Source of the DNA: an uncultured cyanobacterium
Lineage (GTDB): Bacteria > Cyanobacteriota > Cyanobacteriia > Phormidesmidales > Phormidesmidaceae
Assembly: GCA_963793265.1 (NCBI GenBank)
Contig: CAWBZI010000002.1
Span: 640,001-704,000 of the forward strand
Length of the DNA: 64,000 nucleotides
Reading direction: 5' to 3'
Every line of letters begins with the position of its first letter. Positions within the stretch are counted from its first letter, which is position 1. The position numbers and the translations under genes were made by a program. Below are positions 10,708-21,376 of the stretch, piece by piece. The notes beneath the pieces are model-generated. The model was not told where the DNA came from. It worked only from the letters and a program-made list of their open reading frames with translations, and made no database searches.

Positions 10708-11649
10708 ATGGCTGCAACCTCTTTTAGTATCGCGATCGCTACTTACAACCGCCTCGACTTACTCAAGCGCGCCATCCAGTCGGCTCTCGATCAAACCGTC
10801 AGCGCCGAGGTGATTGTGGTCGATAATGCCTCGACCGATGGGACTCAGGCTTATGTGGAGGCGCTAGGCGATCGCGTCATATATGTGCGCAACAGCTCGA
10901 ACCTAAACCATGCGGGCGCGGTGAATGCAGGCGTAGAAGCGGCCAGTGGCGAGTGGATTAAGCTGGTGGATGACGATGATTATTTGGCGGCAGATTGTAT
11001 TGAACGGATGGGGGATGCGATCGCCCTACGCCCCCAGGCCGTAATCTGCTCCTGCCAAGCCGCCCAAGTCAATGCCGAAGGCACCGAACTAAGCCGCACC
11101 CCGACCACTGGCCCCGGCAAAATCTTTTACATTCCCCAAGCCGATATCCACTACGGCATGTTGTTAGAAGTCGTTCCTTTCGGCACTCCCATTCAGGTCG
11201 CCGTCCGCCGCGACGCCTTTCTCAAATCCGGCGGCTGGGACTTATCGATGACAAGCTGCGACGACATCGACTCCTGGATTCGCGTTGCAGAGCACGGCGA
11301 TGCCCTCTTTATCAATCAGTGCTTGGCCTATCGCACCGTATGGCCCGGCGGCTACGACCAAAAGATCGCCCTACCGCAGCGCCTATCCACCAACTTACTG
11401 ATGAAAGAGCGCATCTACCCGCGCGTGAACGCCAAGCACAAAGCCAACCTGCCGCAGCTCTCCACTATTAATAAGTATCTACATTTGCACTGGGCAATCG
11501 TGGCGCTTAAACGCAAGCAGCTTGCGACTACGGCATCCCTCGGCTTTCCAGCCGCGTTTTCTGTACCGGCATGGCAGCTCTTGCAGCAAGCCATCGCCTT
11601 TAGAAAGCAAAAAGCTCAGGCCCCTATTGAAAAAACAGCTTTAGCCTGA
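10708..11649 (+). CDS. glycosyltransferase family 2
   Basis: IATYNR, VVDNASTDGT, DDDD motif. Confidence 0.92.
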   Translation: MAATSFSIAIATYNRLDLLKRAIQSALDQTVSAEVIVVDNASTDGTQAYVEALGDRVIYVRNSSNLNHAGAVNAGVEAASGEWIKLVDDDDYLAADCIERMGDAIALRPQAVICSCQAAQVNAEGTELSRTPTTGPGKIFYIPQADIHYGMLLEVVPFGTPIQVAVRRDAFLKSGGWDLSMTSCDDIDSWIRVAEHGDALFINQCLAYRTVWPGGYDQKIALPQRLSTNLLMKERIYPRVNAKHKANLPQLSTINKYLHLHWAIVALKRKQLATTASLGFPAAFSVPAWQLLQQAIAFRKQKAQAPIEKTALA

Positions 11650-11704
11650 GCCAGCGAGTGCGCTATACTAGCTTGGCTGAATACGTACTTTAGTTGGAGA
11701 AATA

Positions 11705-12313
11705 ATGTCTCGATATAGAGGTCCTCGCCTAAGAGTGGTGCGCCGCTTGGGCGACCTGCCGGGTTTAACCCGCAAATCGGCTCGGAAAGCGTATCCCCCT
11801 GGACAGCATGGTCAGGCTCGTAAAAAGAAGTCTGAGTACTGCATTCGTCTAGAAGAGAAGCAAAAGCTTCGTTACAACTATGGTGTTACCGAGCGCCAGC
11901 TTCTCCGCTACGTGAAAAAAGCACGTCGCGCGAGTGGTTCTACAGGACAAGTGATTTTGCAACAGCTAGAGATGCGGCTGGATAATACCTGCTTCCGCTT
12001 AGGCATGGGGCCAACCATCCCGGCTGCTCGTCAGGTTGTAAATCACGGTCACATCACGGTCAATGGCCGTGTGGTTAGCATTCCTAGCTATCAGTGCCGT
12101 CCGGGTGATGTAATTGGGGTACGCGGCAAAGATGCTTCTAAAAAGCTGGTAGAAGGCAACCTGGAGTTTCCAGGGTTGGCTAACATTCCAGCACACTTGA
12201 CCTTTGATAAAGGCAAGCTAGAAGCAACGGTCAATGGCGTCATCGAGCGCGAATGGATTGCACTGAACATCAACGAACTGTTGGTGGTTGAGTACTACTC
12301 ACGACAGGCTTAA
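11705..12313 (+). CDS. rpsD: 30S ribosomal protein S4
   Basis: [10 protein letters not shown] start, [17 protein letters not shown]. Confidence 0.99.
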   Translation: MSRYRGPRLRVVRRLGDLPGLTRKSARKAYPPGQHGQARKKKSEYCIRLEEKQKLRYNYGVTERQLLRYVKKARRASGSTGQVILQQLEMRLDNTCFRLGMGPTIPAARQVVNHGHITVNGRVVSIPSYQCRPGDVIGVRGKDASKKLVEGNLEFPGLANIPAHLTFDKGKLEATVNGVIEREWIALNINELLVVEYYSRQA

Positions 12314-12394
12314 GCTATTGGCATATCGTTACATCGCTTAGCTGCGACATCTGAAATTAGACTGATGTCTTCGGGACACCTTCTTTTTCTACTA

Positions 12395-12426
12395 AAAGCC
12401 TCTTAGTCTTCGGATTAAGAGGCTTT
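12395..12426. terminator. intrinsic terminator after rpsD
   Basis: aaagcctcttagtc-ttcg-gattaagaggcttt hairpin with cUUCGg loop. Confidence 0.85.
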
Positions 12427-12446
12427 GACATTAATAGATACAGCTT

Positions 12447-12740
12447 CTAGCTGACTTCTTGGAGATATTTTCGCTTCAGAGACGCTGCAAAATCTCTAAC
12501 TTCTGCTAAGCCCTCCTCCGGCAAATTACCTAGAAGTTCAGCTACTTCAGTCTGAATCAGCGTTCCGTCAAGCTTTATATCAGCTCTTTCTAGCGTCAAT
12601 ACATGAGGGGGCTCTATAAATTCGACCTCGAAGCCCTGTCCACCCTTATAGCAGTGAACTACCGCACCTCTATCTCCTTTATATAGGCCAAACTTCGTAA
12701 GGTCACGAGTTAGAACAACAACATCATGTTCGTTAATCAT
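12447..12740 (-). CDS. DUF4926-like protein with a C-terminal DUF2281-like helical segment (putative antitoxin)
   Basis: EHDVVVLTRDL...GDRGAVVHCY...FEVEF, then LPEEGLAEVRDFAASLKRKY; 4-nt overlap with upstream gene. Confidence 0.7.
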   Translation of the reverse strand: MINEHDVVVLTRDLTKFGLYKGDRGAVVHCYKGGQGFEVEFIEPPHVLTLERADIKLDGTLIQTEVAELLGNLPEEGLAEVRDFAASLKRKYLQEVS

Positions 12741-13099
12741 AGGATGGTATCTTCAACTTTACGTTTCTTGTAAGGGCGAGCAGTAACTAGGCGAGGAGCG
12801 ACTTTTCCAGTATCGATAATCCAGACTGTCAGTATGGTAACGGTTTTTCCAGTTGGCGTTGATATGGAACCAATAATGACGTGCTTCAACCCGTACACTG
12901 TTTCAACAACTTCTTGTACGGATGACGTTCTAGCAATGTGAAGAAGTTCATCTTCTAAAAGCTTTAAGTTCGTCTCGCTAAAACCCAGCGATCTAAAGAA
13001 CTTTGCTTTGGCTCCACCAACAGGATGCGTTTTGAGCAATAAATACCCTGTGAGCTTGCTGGGCTGAATAAAAGCGCTCGTGCGGTTGGGAAGCAGCAA
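12737..13099 (-). CDS. DUF6883-like protein (putative toxin)
   Basis: KLTGYLL..HPVGGAKAKFFRSLGF...TVWII...PRLVTARP pattern. Confidence 0.7.
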   Translation of the reverse strand: MLLPNRTSAFIQPSKLTGYLLLKTHPVGGAKAKFFRSLGFSETNLKLLEDELLHIARTSSVQEVVETVYGLKHVIIGSISTPTGKTVTILTVWIIDTGKVAPRLVTARPYKKRKVEDTIL

Positions 13100-13157
13100 T
13101 TAATATCCTTCAGCACTCTCGGCTTTCTGCATCCTATCTACCTAACTGTTAGCCTGT

Positions 13158-14189
13158 CTAGCCCCCAATTTGAGACATCGTGCGGCTGTAGGATCCGGTA
13201 ACGCCAGATTCGCGCATTTTGAAGTTGATATCAGGCTTCTCGCCTACTAGAGCGCCTACCCGTTTTCGCAAGGTGGCCAGCGGAATGCCAGAACGTAAAC
13301 TGGAGCGTAGATCTATCTGGCCGGTTTCGTTGAGGAGGCAGGGTCTTAGAAGGCCATCGGCAGAGAGGCGCATTCGGTTGCATCTATCGCAAAAGCATTC
13401 TGACATTTGGCTAATAAAACCTAATGTTCCTTTTGCGCCGGGAATTTGAAAGACATCAGCCGGGCCATTGCCTTTCACGCTGCCGTCTGTAATTCCCCAG
13501 CGCTGGTTAATTTGTGCGCGGATAGATTCACTATCTACCCAGCCTTTGCTGCCGAATAGATCGCTGTTGCCGATGGGCATGAATTCGATAAACCGGACGT
13601 GCCATTCTTGCTCAAGCGTGAGTGCGGCCAAGTCAAGGACTTCGTGATCATTGATGCCGGGAATGACAACTACGTTCAGCTTAAGAGGAGAGAATCCGAC
13701 TGTGTGGGCAGCTTGGATGCCGCGCCAAACTTCGTGCCAACGAGACTGGTTTTTGCCGCCGACGATTTTTTGAAAGGTGTTGGGGTTCAGAGAATCTAGG
13801 CTGATGTTGATGCGTCGTAAGCCTGCGTCGTAGAGCGGCTGGGCAAGTTTTTCTAGGCGGAAGCCGTTGGTGGTGATAGCGAGGTCTTGGGTTTGCCGGA
13901 GATGGGCGATCGCATCCACCAGCTCCACAATGCCCGGCCTCAGCAAAGGCTCTCCGCCCGTCAGCCGAAAGCGCGTAAACCCCAAAGGAATAAACACTTC
14001 TTTAAGCAGCGTCAAAATCTCATCATGCGTCAGCCAGTGCTCTTTAAGCGCATACTCAAGATCTGCGCCTTCGGGCATACAGTACACGCATTGAAAGTTA
14101 CAGCGGTCGATCAGACTGATGCGTAGATAGTCAATGCGATTTGATGCGGGTGGAACGTTGGCGTTTTTGACACCTAGAAAGGTATTCAT
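13158..14189 (-). CDS. moaA: GTP 3',8-cyclase MoaA
   Basis: Radical [12 protein letters not shown]-terminal [15 protein letters not shown] end. Confidence 0.97.
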   Translation of the reverse strand: MNTFLGVKNANVPPASNRIDYLRISLIDRCNFQCVYCMPEGADLEYALKEHWLTHDEILTLLKEVFIPLGFTRFRLTGGEPLLRPGIVELVDAIAHLRQTQDLAITTNGFRLEKLAQPLYDAGLRRINISLDSLNPNTFQKIVGGKNQSRWHEVWRGIQAAHTVGFSPLKLNVVVIPGINDHEVLDLAALTLEQEWHVRFIEFMPIGNSDLFGSKGWVDSESIRAQINQRWGITDGSVKGNGPADVFQIPGAKGTLGFISQMSECFCDRCNRMRLSADGLLRPCLLNETGQIDLRSSLRSGIPLATLRKRVGALVGEKPDINFKMRESGVTGSYSRTMSQIGG

Positions 14190-14335
14190 AGTTTGTAAAA
14201 CTCCTTCTTCCCATACTCCTTCATTCGGAAAGAAATGGCACAGCAGAAAGTATTTTGAGGCAAAACTGAAGGGCTAAAACCGATAGGCAGTAAAGTAAAA
14301 TTGGCACTATGAGCTGTACGTAGCGGAGGCAATTG

Positions 14336-14599
14336 ATGGAATCTTTGAGTGCAAGCGAGGCTAGCGCTAACTTATTTGGATTGGTTGAGCAAGTCAACAA
14401 GGATCATTTGCCTAGAAGGATTATGAGTCAGAACGGCAATGCTGTTTTGCTCTCACAATCGGACTGGGATAGTTTGCAAGAAACGCTTTATCTACAGTCT
14501 ATTCCCGGTTTTGTTCAGTCGGTGAAAGAGATCGACGAGGCAGACGACTGGGTGTCAAAAGCAGAATTTCTGAGGGCGTTAGATGGTGTGGACGATTGA
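14336..14599 (+). CDS. Phd/YefM family antitoxin
   Basis: NAVLLSQSDWDSLQETLYLQSIPG; overlaps the downstream toxin gene. Confidence 0.9.
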   Translation: MESLSASEASANLFGLVEQVNKDHLPRRIMSQNGNAVLLSQSDWDSLQETLYLQSIPGFVQSVKEIDEADDWVSKAEFLRALDGVDD

Positions 14600-14840
14600 G
14601 TTTAGCCGAAAGGCTCTCAAAGACGCCAAAAAGGTCAGAGCTGCTAATTTAGATCGGAACTTGAGACAGCTATTGGAGGAGCTTGAGCAAGACCCATACG
14701 CGCCGCCTTACGAAAAACTATCTGGCAATCTCAAAGGATATTATTCAAGGCGAATCAATATAAAGCACCGCTTAGTTTACAAGGTAGATGACGCTGATAA
14801 ATCCATTCGAGTGATCTCTGTGTGGTCGCATTATGAGTGA
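14583..14840 (+). CDS. Txe/YoeB family mRNA interferase toxin
   Basis: PYEKLSGNLKGYYSRRINIKHRLVY...WSHYE. Confidence 0.93.
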   Translation: MVWTIEFSRKALKDAKKVRAANLDRNLRQLLEELEQDPYAPPYEKLSGNLKGYYSRRINIKHRLVYKVDDADKSIRVISVWSHYE

Positions 14841-15942
14841 AATTTCTTCTACACCTCAAAGCGGATACACATTACCTGTATTTGCCTGTGCAGGTGCGAT
14901 CGCTGCCCTCCGCCTCCTTTCAAAAAACCAATCCCAAACCACCGTCACCCTCAACCTCATCACCCCCGCCCAAACTGCCGACATCTCCATTGAGCAGTCT
15001 GCTCTCCTCCCTGACGCTTCAGCCCTCGCCATCACTCGCAGCGATCCCGGTGACAACTTAGATCTCACACGCCACACGCCGATCTGGTCTATCGTAAGCT
15101 GGGCCAGCGCCGATCAAACTGAGCAAGTTCTATTAGAAGGCGGGGAAGGGATTGGACAACACGCTGACGGCCCAGCCATCTATGCCTACGCGCGGCAGCT
15201 TTTGCAAACGAACCTGGCAAAAGAGTTAAGTGCCGATCAAAAAATTAAAGTAACTATTATTTTGCCAGCCGGACGACAGCTTGCACTGCGCACGTCCAAC
15301 GCGGCATTTGGCGTAGTAGATGGTTTGTCGCTACTCGGCACTAGCGGTATCGCGCAGCCGCTTAGCGCCCCTGGTCAGCTAGAAGCTTATAGACAAACGC
15401 TCAGGGAAAAAGCAGCTAAGTTTGACGATTTAGTTTTTTGCTTGGGTGAGAACGGGCTGGATCTGGCACTGAAGCAGGGGATAGCGGCAGAGAAAAGGTT
15501 GAAAACGGCTAACTGGATTGGGCCTTTGCTTGTAGAAGCTGGGCTACTAGGCGTACGCTCAATTTTGCTCTTTGGCTATCACGGCAAGCTGGTTAAGCTA
15601 GCGGGCGGGATTTTTCATACGCATCATCATGTCGCGGATGGGCGGCAGGAGATTATGGCGGCTTGCTGCGTGCAGGCGGGGATGGAGAGTGCGATCGCTC
15701 AAAAAATCCTTGCTGCAGGCACCACCGAAGCCGGGCTGGAGATCTTGAGAAAGTTGGATCTTCAGCAGGGGAGCCAGTGGGTAGAACAAGTGTATAAAAT
15801 TATCGCTGAGCGAATCGATTATCGCTCGCAGGCTTACATTCAAACCCACGGCGGGCCGAAGGTTCAAGTCGGCAGCGTGCTATTCGACCGGCAGCGTCGG
15901 ATCGTTGTAAAAAGTGAAATGGGCGCAAAACTGCTGGCTTAA
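14833..15942 (+). CDS. cbiD: cobalt-precorrin-5B C1-methyltransferase CbiD
   Basis: SGYTLPVFA, DPGDNLDLT, RTSNAAFGVVDGLSLLGT, GKLVKLAGGIFHTH. Confidence 0.95.
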   Translation: MSEISSTPQSGYTLPVFACAGAIAALRLLSKNQSQTTVTLNLITPAQTADISIEQSALLPDASALAITRSDPGDNLDLTRHTPIWSIVSWASADQTEQVLLEGGEGIGQHADGPAIYAYARQLLQTNLAKELSADQKIKVTIILPAGRQLALRTSNAAFGVVDGLSLLGTSGIAQPLSAPGQLEAYRQTLREKAAKFDDLVFCLGENGLDLALKQGIAAEKRLKTANWIGPLLVEAGLLGVRSILLFGYHGKLVKLAGGIFHTHHHVADGRQEIMAACCVQAGMESAIAQKILAAGTTEAGLEILRKLDLQQGSQWVEQVYKIIAERIDYRSQAYIQTHGGPKVQVGSVLFDRQRRIVVKSEMGAKLLA

Positions 15943-16081
15943 GTTTGCAACTGGTTTGCTACTGTAATTAAAAGCAAATTGGCGATAACACTTAGCGTAG
16001 CAACGTTTGCATAGCAACGTTCTGCCTTCAAAAAGTCTTATCTCAGCCTCAAAAACCCCACCTCAAAACACAGGATTGATT

Positions 16082-17701
16082 GTGGCTTCTCAAACCCAAA
16101 CCTCACAACATCAAGTCGCCAGCTCAGCATCTACTACCGCGCTAAACCGCCAGATGATAGCCATTCTAGACTTTGGCTCTCAATACTCTGAACTCATCGC
16201 CAGGCGGGTTCGCGAAACCGAAGTGTACTCAGAAGTTCTTTCCTATCGCACCACCGCCGAACAACTGCGCCAGCTCAACCCCAAAGGCATCATCCTCTCC
16301 GGCGGGCCAAACTCGGTATACGATTCAAACGCGCCCATCTGCGATCCTGAGATTTGGAACTTAGGCATTCCTGTCCTCGGCGTTTGCTACGGAATGCAGC
16401 TTATGGTTCAGCAGCTCGGCGGTCAGGTGGAGCAGGCAGAACGCGGTGAATATGGCAAAGCTGCCCTGCAAGTTGATTTAGCTGAAGGTCTATTGACCGA
16501 AGTTATTAACGACTCGACAATGTGGATGAGCCACGGCGATTCGGTGACGCAGTTGCCCGATGGTTTTGAGGTGTTAGCGCATACTGAAAATACGCCCCAA
16601 GCTGCGATCGCTCACCCTTCAAAACACTTCTACGGCGTCCAGTTCCACCCCGAGGTCGTCCACTCTACCGGCGGCAGCGCCCTGATTCGCAACTTTGTCT
16701 ACAACATTTGCCAGTGCCAGCCCACCTGGACAACCGAGGCTTTTGTTGAAGAATCTATTCGCGAAGTTCGTGCCAAAGTTGGCAAAGAGCGCGTACTGCT
16801 CGCCCTATCTGGTGGCGTGGACTCTTCTACACTTGCTTTCTTACTTCACAAAGCTATTGGCGATCAGCTCACCTGCATGTTTATCGATCAGGGCTTTATG
16901 CGTAAGCGCGAGCCTGAGCGGCTAATTGAAATATTCAAAAATAAATTCCATATCAAAGTGGAATATATTAATGCGCGCGATCGCTTCTTAGCCAAAGTAA
17001 AAGGCGTCACCGATCCCGAAGAGAAGCGCAAAATCATCGGTCACGAATTCATCCGCGTATTTGAAGAAGAGTCTGCGCGGCTCGGCCCCTTTGATTACCT
17101 AGCGCAAGGCACACTGTATCCTGACGTGATTGAATCGGCTGATACTAACGTCGATCCTCAAACGGGTGAGCGCGTTGCCGTCAAAATTAAGAGCCATCAC
17201 AATGTCGGCGGACTGCCTAAAGATCTGCGGTTTAAGCTAATTGAGCCTTTACGAAAGCTCTTTAAAGACGAAGTGCGCAAAGTGGGCACAGCCGTGGATC
17301 TGCCCGACGATATTGTGCGTCGCCATCCGTTTCCTGGCCCTGGTTTGGCCATTCGGATTCTGGGTGAAGTCACGCCCGAGCGGCTGCATATTTTACGAGA
17401 GGCCGACTATATCATTCGCCAAGAGATTCGCCGCAGTGATAAATACCATGACTTCTGGCAAGCCTTTGGCGTCTTGCTCCCGGTTCGTAGCGTCGGGGTT
17501 ATGGGCGATCAGCGCACCTACGCCTACCCGATTGTGCTTCGACTGGTGAGCAGCGAAGATGGCATGACCGCCGACTGGTCGCGCGCGCCCTATGAGCTGC
17601 TAGAAAGCATCTCGAATCGTGTTGTCAATGAAGTTGAAGGCGTGAACCGAGTGGTCTACGATATTACGTCTAAACCGCCTGGCACCATTGAATGGGAATA
17701 G
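16082..17701 (+). CDS. guaA: GMP synthase (glutamine-hydrolysing)
   Basis: [37 protein letters not shown]; start codon uncertain (GTG 16082). Confidence 0.98.
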   Translation: MASQTQTSQHQVASSASTTALNRQMIAILDFGSQYSELIARRVRETEVYSEVLSYRTTAEQLRQLNPKGIILSGGPNSVYDSNAPICDPEIWNLGIPVLGVCYGMQLMVQQLGGQVEQAERGEYGKAALQVDLAEGLLTEVINDSTMWMSHGDSVTQLPDGFEVLAHTENTPQAAIAHPSKHFYGVQFHPEVVHSTGGSALIRNFVYNICQCQPTWTTEAFVEESIREVRAKVGKERVLLALSGGVDSSTLAFLLHKAIGDQLTCMFIDQGFMRKREPERLIEIFKNKFHIKVEYINARDRFLAKVKGVTDPEEKRKIIGHEFIRVFEEESARLGPFDYLAQGTLYPDVIESADTNVDPQTGERVAVKIKSHHNVGGLPKDLRFKLIEPLRKLFKDEVRKVGTAVDLPDDIVRRHPFPGPGLAIRILGEVTPERLHILREADYIIRQEIRRSDKYHDFWQAFGVLLPVRSVGVMGDQRTYAYPIVLRLVSSEDGMTADWSRAPYELLESISNRVVNEVEGVNRVVYDITSKPPGTIEWE

Positions 17702-17878
17702 ACAAGTCGGCATAGCGGTAACTTTTCTGTCTATGGTCGGTAGCCGCCGCTTTGAGTTTGCGGCACAATACAGGCTATAGACTGTTGGCCATAGACTGTG
17801 AATCACAAAGCAGTTTACGCCCACACTCTCCCGAATAAAACTCTCCTTAACCTTTGTCTGGAAAATATCTGTAGCGTC

Positions 17879-18286
17879 ATGAACACCGACACAATTGTTG
17901 AACTATTACAAAAAGGCTATCGCGTGACTTTGGGCGCAGCGTCTTCTGCCGTGGAAGCGGTACAAGATCCGCAGAGAGCCGCCGATGAATTTTCAGCTGT
18001 AGGCACAGACTTCAATCGTCTTGCGGACAAGCTAGAAGTGCGAGGAGCGCTTACTGAGAAAGAAGCCCGTGACTTTATGGAAGGCGTGGTTAGCCAAATG
18101 CCCGAGCCCTTCCGCAGCGTCTCTTCTACATTCGTACAAGACACAACGCCCAAAGAGCCCCGAACGGTCACCACAGTGGCGACGCCTGTAATTGATTCTG
18201 GCCTAAAAGCAGAAGTTGAGTCTTTGACGGCTGAGCTGATTGCGATGCGTAAAGAAATTGATGAGCTTCGTCAGAAAGACAGCTAG
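17879..18286 (+). CDS. conserved cyanobacterial hypothetical coiled-coil protein
   Basis: LLQKGYRVTLGA...RGALTEKEAR; ORF track 17798..18286, ATG at 17879. Confidence 0.75.
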   Translation: MNTDTIVELLQKGYRVTLGAASSAVEAVQDPQRAADEFSAVGTDFNRLADKLEVRGALTEKEARDFMEGVVSQMPEPFRSVSSTFVQDTTPKEPRTVTTVATPVIDSGLKAEVESLTAELIAMRKEIDELRQKDS

Positions 18287-18320
18287 GTCAAGTTCGCTGG
18301 ACTTTTGGAGAATCAAAAGG

Positions 18321-18348
18321 AGGTGTCTGCAAATGTAGGCACCTTTTT
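18321..18348 (+). terminator. intrinsic terminator
   Basis: aggtgtctgc-aaat-gtaggcacct followed by a T tract. Confidence 0.7.
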
Positions 18349-18472
18349 CGTTGAGTCCTTTCTCAAAAGAGCTTGATGCTACTGTAAAGGCAGATTCGAG
18401 AAACGAAGAAGAAACAGATATTTGGATCGCCCATGTATTCTCCTCAGTCGCCCCTATCTGCAGAGCCTCAGC

Positions 18473-18529
18473 CCTGAAAAATTGCCTGAAAAGCTGCGAT
18501 CGCTAGGCATCAATCCAGACGAGCTATAA
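18473..18529 (+). pseudogene. remnant resembling the C-terminal tail of Uma2-family genes
   Basis: Translates PEKLPEKLRSLGINPDEL* with no recognisable body upstream. Confidence 0.5.
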
Positions 18530-18531
18530 AA

Positions 18532-19203
18532 CTAGGGATCAGCAGGCTCGATAGGAGATGAACCCGCAGGCGGCGCAGTTGGCGTCGGGGAAATAGGCGG
18601 CAGACCGTTCGGAGCGGTGAGCTGGCCGCCAGACGGTGCTGAAGGAACATTGAGGCCACCATCGCTAGGCAGTGGCGCGGTTTGACCAGGCGTATTTTGG
18701 CCCGGTGTAATCTGTACGCCCTGAGAGCGCAAAACGTCTTCTAGGCTCTGGCCGCCTTGCGTCGGATCGAGAGAGGCGTCATTAGGCAGGGTTGCTAAGG
18801 CTACGCGATCACCCCCAACTGAGCGCAGCAAATCGAGCACTTTCACCACGTCCTCATAGCGCGCGCTGCGAGAGGCATACAGCACAATTGTGCCGTTGGG
18901 TGCGATTTGCTTGTGCTGCACCAGTACGTCGTAAAGCAGGCCGAGCGGCACCGCACTTTTGTCTACATATACCTGGCCCGCACTGTCTACGCTGACATAG
19001 AGACGATCGCGACTATTGCCTTCAACGGGTGAGCTATTGGTGACTGCTGGTAGATCGAGTGCGATCGCCTGCTGCCGGGTCAGCCCTACTGCCGCCAAAA
19101 TAAAGAATGTCAGAATACAAAAAATCACATCAATCATCGGCAGAATTTCAATCTGCACGTCTGACTGGCGATTATCGTCGAGATCTAATTTCATAGCGGC
19201 CAA
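18532..19203 (-). CDS. exbD: biopolymer transporter ExbD/TolR
   Basis: EILPMIDVIFCILTFFIL TM motif; Pro-rich C-terminal tail. Confidence 0.9.
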   Translation of the reverse strand: MAAMKLDLDDNRQSDVQIEILPMIDVIFCILTFFILAAVGLTRQQAIALDLPAVTNSSPVEGNSRDRLYVSVDSAGQVYVDKSAVPLGLLYDVLVQHKQIAPNGTIVLYASRSARYEDVVKVLDLLRSVGGDRVALATLPNDASLDPTQGGQSLEDVLRSQGVQITPGQNTPGQTAPLPSDGGLNVPSAPSGGQLTAPNGLPPISPTPTAPPAGSSPIEPADP

Positions 19204-19243
19204 AATAGGGATGAGAGAGATCGATCAGGAGATATTAGTAGCG

Positions 19244-19975
19244 CTAGAAAACGGTAGGCGTGCCTTCTTCCTGCGGTAAAGGCGTATCTATCGTCGGAGA
19301 TGGCGGCGCATTGACGAGGTTTTCACTCAGCAGGCTAGGCTTACCGTCTGTATAGGCCCAAGCCTGACGATATAACAGCTCTAACTCGTTGCCCGAAAGC
19401 TGAAACATCTTGGCCTGACCAAATACAAAGCCCTGAAACAAGCGGTAAAAAGCTAAGCTCACAATCGCAATTACCAGACCCGCAGCGGTACTAATGAGCG
19501 CCTCGCCAATGCCCAAAGCAGTCCCGGCAGTCGCATCGCCTACGCCTAGATCGTTGAGGTTAATCGAGCCGAGCGAGTTGATCAAACCCACAACCGTTCC
19601 AAGCAAACCGAGCAAAGGGGAAAGGGCAATCACCGCTTCTAAAACCTTCTCGCCCCGGCGCATAATCGCCAGCTCTTCGTTAGCCGAAGTTTCTAGCGCC
19701 AGGCGAAACACCTCTGGGTCTTGGTCTTTGAGCTTGAGAGCACCTAACAAAAAGCGACCCATCGGTAGCCGACTGGCGCGCTGAGCAATTTGGGTTGCCG
19801 CTGACCATTCGCGCCGCGCTGCTTCTAGTACGCGCCCAGATACCTCACGCTCTCGGGTCAAAATTCTAGACCAAAACCAAATTCTTTCCATAATGGTGCC
19901 AAGTGCCAAAATAGATAGAAACAGCAGCGGCCACATTGCAATGCCGCCCTGCTGAAAGAGTTGCGAGATGTTCAC
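19244..19975 (-). CDS. exbB: MotA/TolQ/ExbB proton channel
   Basis: SPLLGLLGTVVGLI, GIGEALISTAAGL. Confidence 0.92.
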   Translation of the reverse strand: MNISQLFQQGGIAMWPLLFLSILALGTIMERIWFWSRILTREREVSGRVLEAARREWSAATQIAQRASRLPMGRFLLGALKLKDQDPEVFRLALETSANEELAIMRRGEKVLEAVIALSPLLGLLGTVVGLINSLGSINLNDLGVGDATAGTALGIGEALISTAAGLVIAIVSLAFYRLFQGFVFGQAKMFQLSGNELELLYRQAWAYTDGKPSLLSENLVNAPPSPTIDTPLPQEEGTPTVF

Positions 19976-20185
19976 GAGCTACCTTCTCCTAACCGCCAAA
20001 ACACACCCTTCATTCATGGACTCTTTAAAGAGCCATAAAAAGTTTACGGGGTGCCGTATATTTTCTGAACCAGTGTAGTGCATATAGGGCTAACGCCCTC
20101 TACCTCATGTGCACTTTTTACGGCGGTTTATCGCATTAACAGTGCGAAATCCAGGTAATTTTAAGGCGTAATACTAGGCGTGATA

Positions 20186-21376
20186 CTAAGGCAGCATGTC
20201 TAGAATTTCGTTAGCAGCGCGATCGCACACCCCAACCGCACCCATCGCCGCTCTCATCTGCGCATAACCAGCTAACATCTGCTGCCGCTTACCCTCATTG
20301 GTCAAAAGCTCCAAAGCCGCACGGCTAATCTTCTCAGGCGTAGCATCCCACTGCAACAGTTCAGGCACAATCGGCTGATTTTCCATGAGGTTCACAGGCG
20401 ATACGTAGTCACCGGTAAATCGCACGATGTACTTAGCAATAAAACCTGTGAGGTTGCTCAACCGGTAGGTCACTACTTGAGGGACATTCATCAGGGCAAC
20501 TTCTAAGTTTGCGGTGCCTGACTTGTTGATGACTAAATCGGCAGCGGCGATCGCCGTTTGCCCCTTGCTCTTATCTAACAGTCTCGCATTCAGCCCATAT
20601 TCATCAACAGCTTCAGCAATCAGCTCTTTAAAGTCTGGTAGCGAAACTGGCACCAAGAATTTCACGTCCTGTTCCTGCTGAATTTTGCTTGCCGCCTCAA
20701 ACATTCTCGGCATGATGTACTTTAGCTCCTGCTGCCTGGAAGCAGGCAAAAGCGTCACAATCTGCTCATTAGCGTCAATCTGTAGCGCCGCGCGAGCCTC
20801 TGCTTTAGCCATCGGCTCGGCCAAAATATCTACCAGCGGATGACCAACCCAGCGCACGTTCGCCCCAGCTTTCTCATAGTACTTCGCCTCTTCTGGAAAA
20901 ATCGCTAGCAGCTTATCGCTGACATCTAGAATGTTTTGCGTGTCGGTCTTAGTCGAAAAAACCCACTGCTGCGGCGCGATGTAGTAGGCAATCGGCACCT
21001 CGGGCATATGCTTGCGCATAAACTTACCAACCGGAATATTCGGCCCCATATAGTCCAGCAGCACTAGCAAATCAGGTGGGTTATCTAACAGGTATTGATT
21101 AACCTGCTTTTGAGCCTCGCGCCCCTTTTTGTACATAGGCAGCGCTTCTAACAAACCAATGGCACTGAGCCTAACCGTATCTACCAAAATTTTAGCGCCC
21201 GCTTCTTCCATGCAGTGTCCGCCCACACCCAGTACAGAGAGGTTCAAACCCCGCTTTTGGGCCTGCCGGTAGAGCGCGTGAGTCAGCAGTCCGCCCTGCA
21301 AATCGCCAGAGACTTCGCCCGTATGAATAAATATCTGAGTTGCTTTTTCGGTCTTGTTTTCGGTTGAGACGCCCAT
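20186..21376 (-). CDS. lpxB: lipid-A-disaccharide synthase
   Basis: GEVSGDLQG, VGHPL, LPASRQQE, KSGTANLE; lpx cluster context. Confidence 0.96.
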   Translation of the reverse strand: MGVSTENKTEKATQIFIHTGEVSGDLQGGLLTHALYRQAQKRGLNLSVLGVGGHCMEEAGAKILVDTVRLSAIGLLEALPMYKKGREAQKQVNQYLLDNPPDLLVLLDYMGPNIPVGKFMRKHMPEVPIAYYIAPQQWVFSTKTDTQNILDVSDKLLAIFPEEAKYYEKAGANVRWVGHPLVDILAEPMAKAEARAALQIDANEQIVTLLPASRQQELKYIMPRMFEAASKIQQEQDVKFLVPVSLPDFKELIAEAVDEYGLNARLLDKSKGQTAIAAADLVINKSGTANLEVALMNVPQVVTYRLSNLTGFIAKYIVRFTGDYVSPVNLMENQPIVPELLQWDATPEKISRAALELLTNEGKRQQMLAGYAQMRAAMGAVGVCDRAANEILDMLP

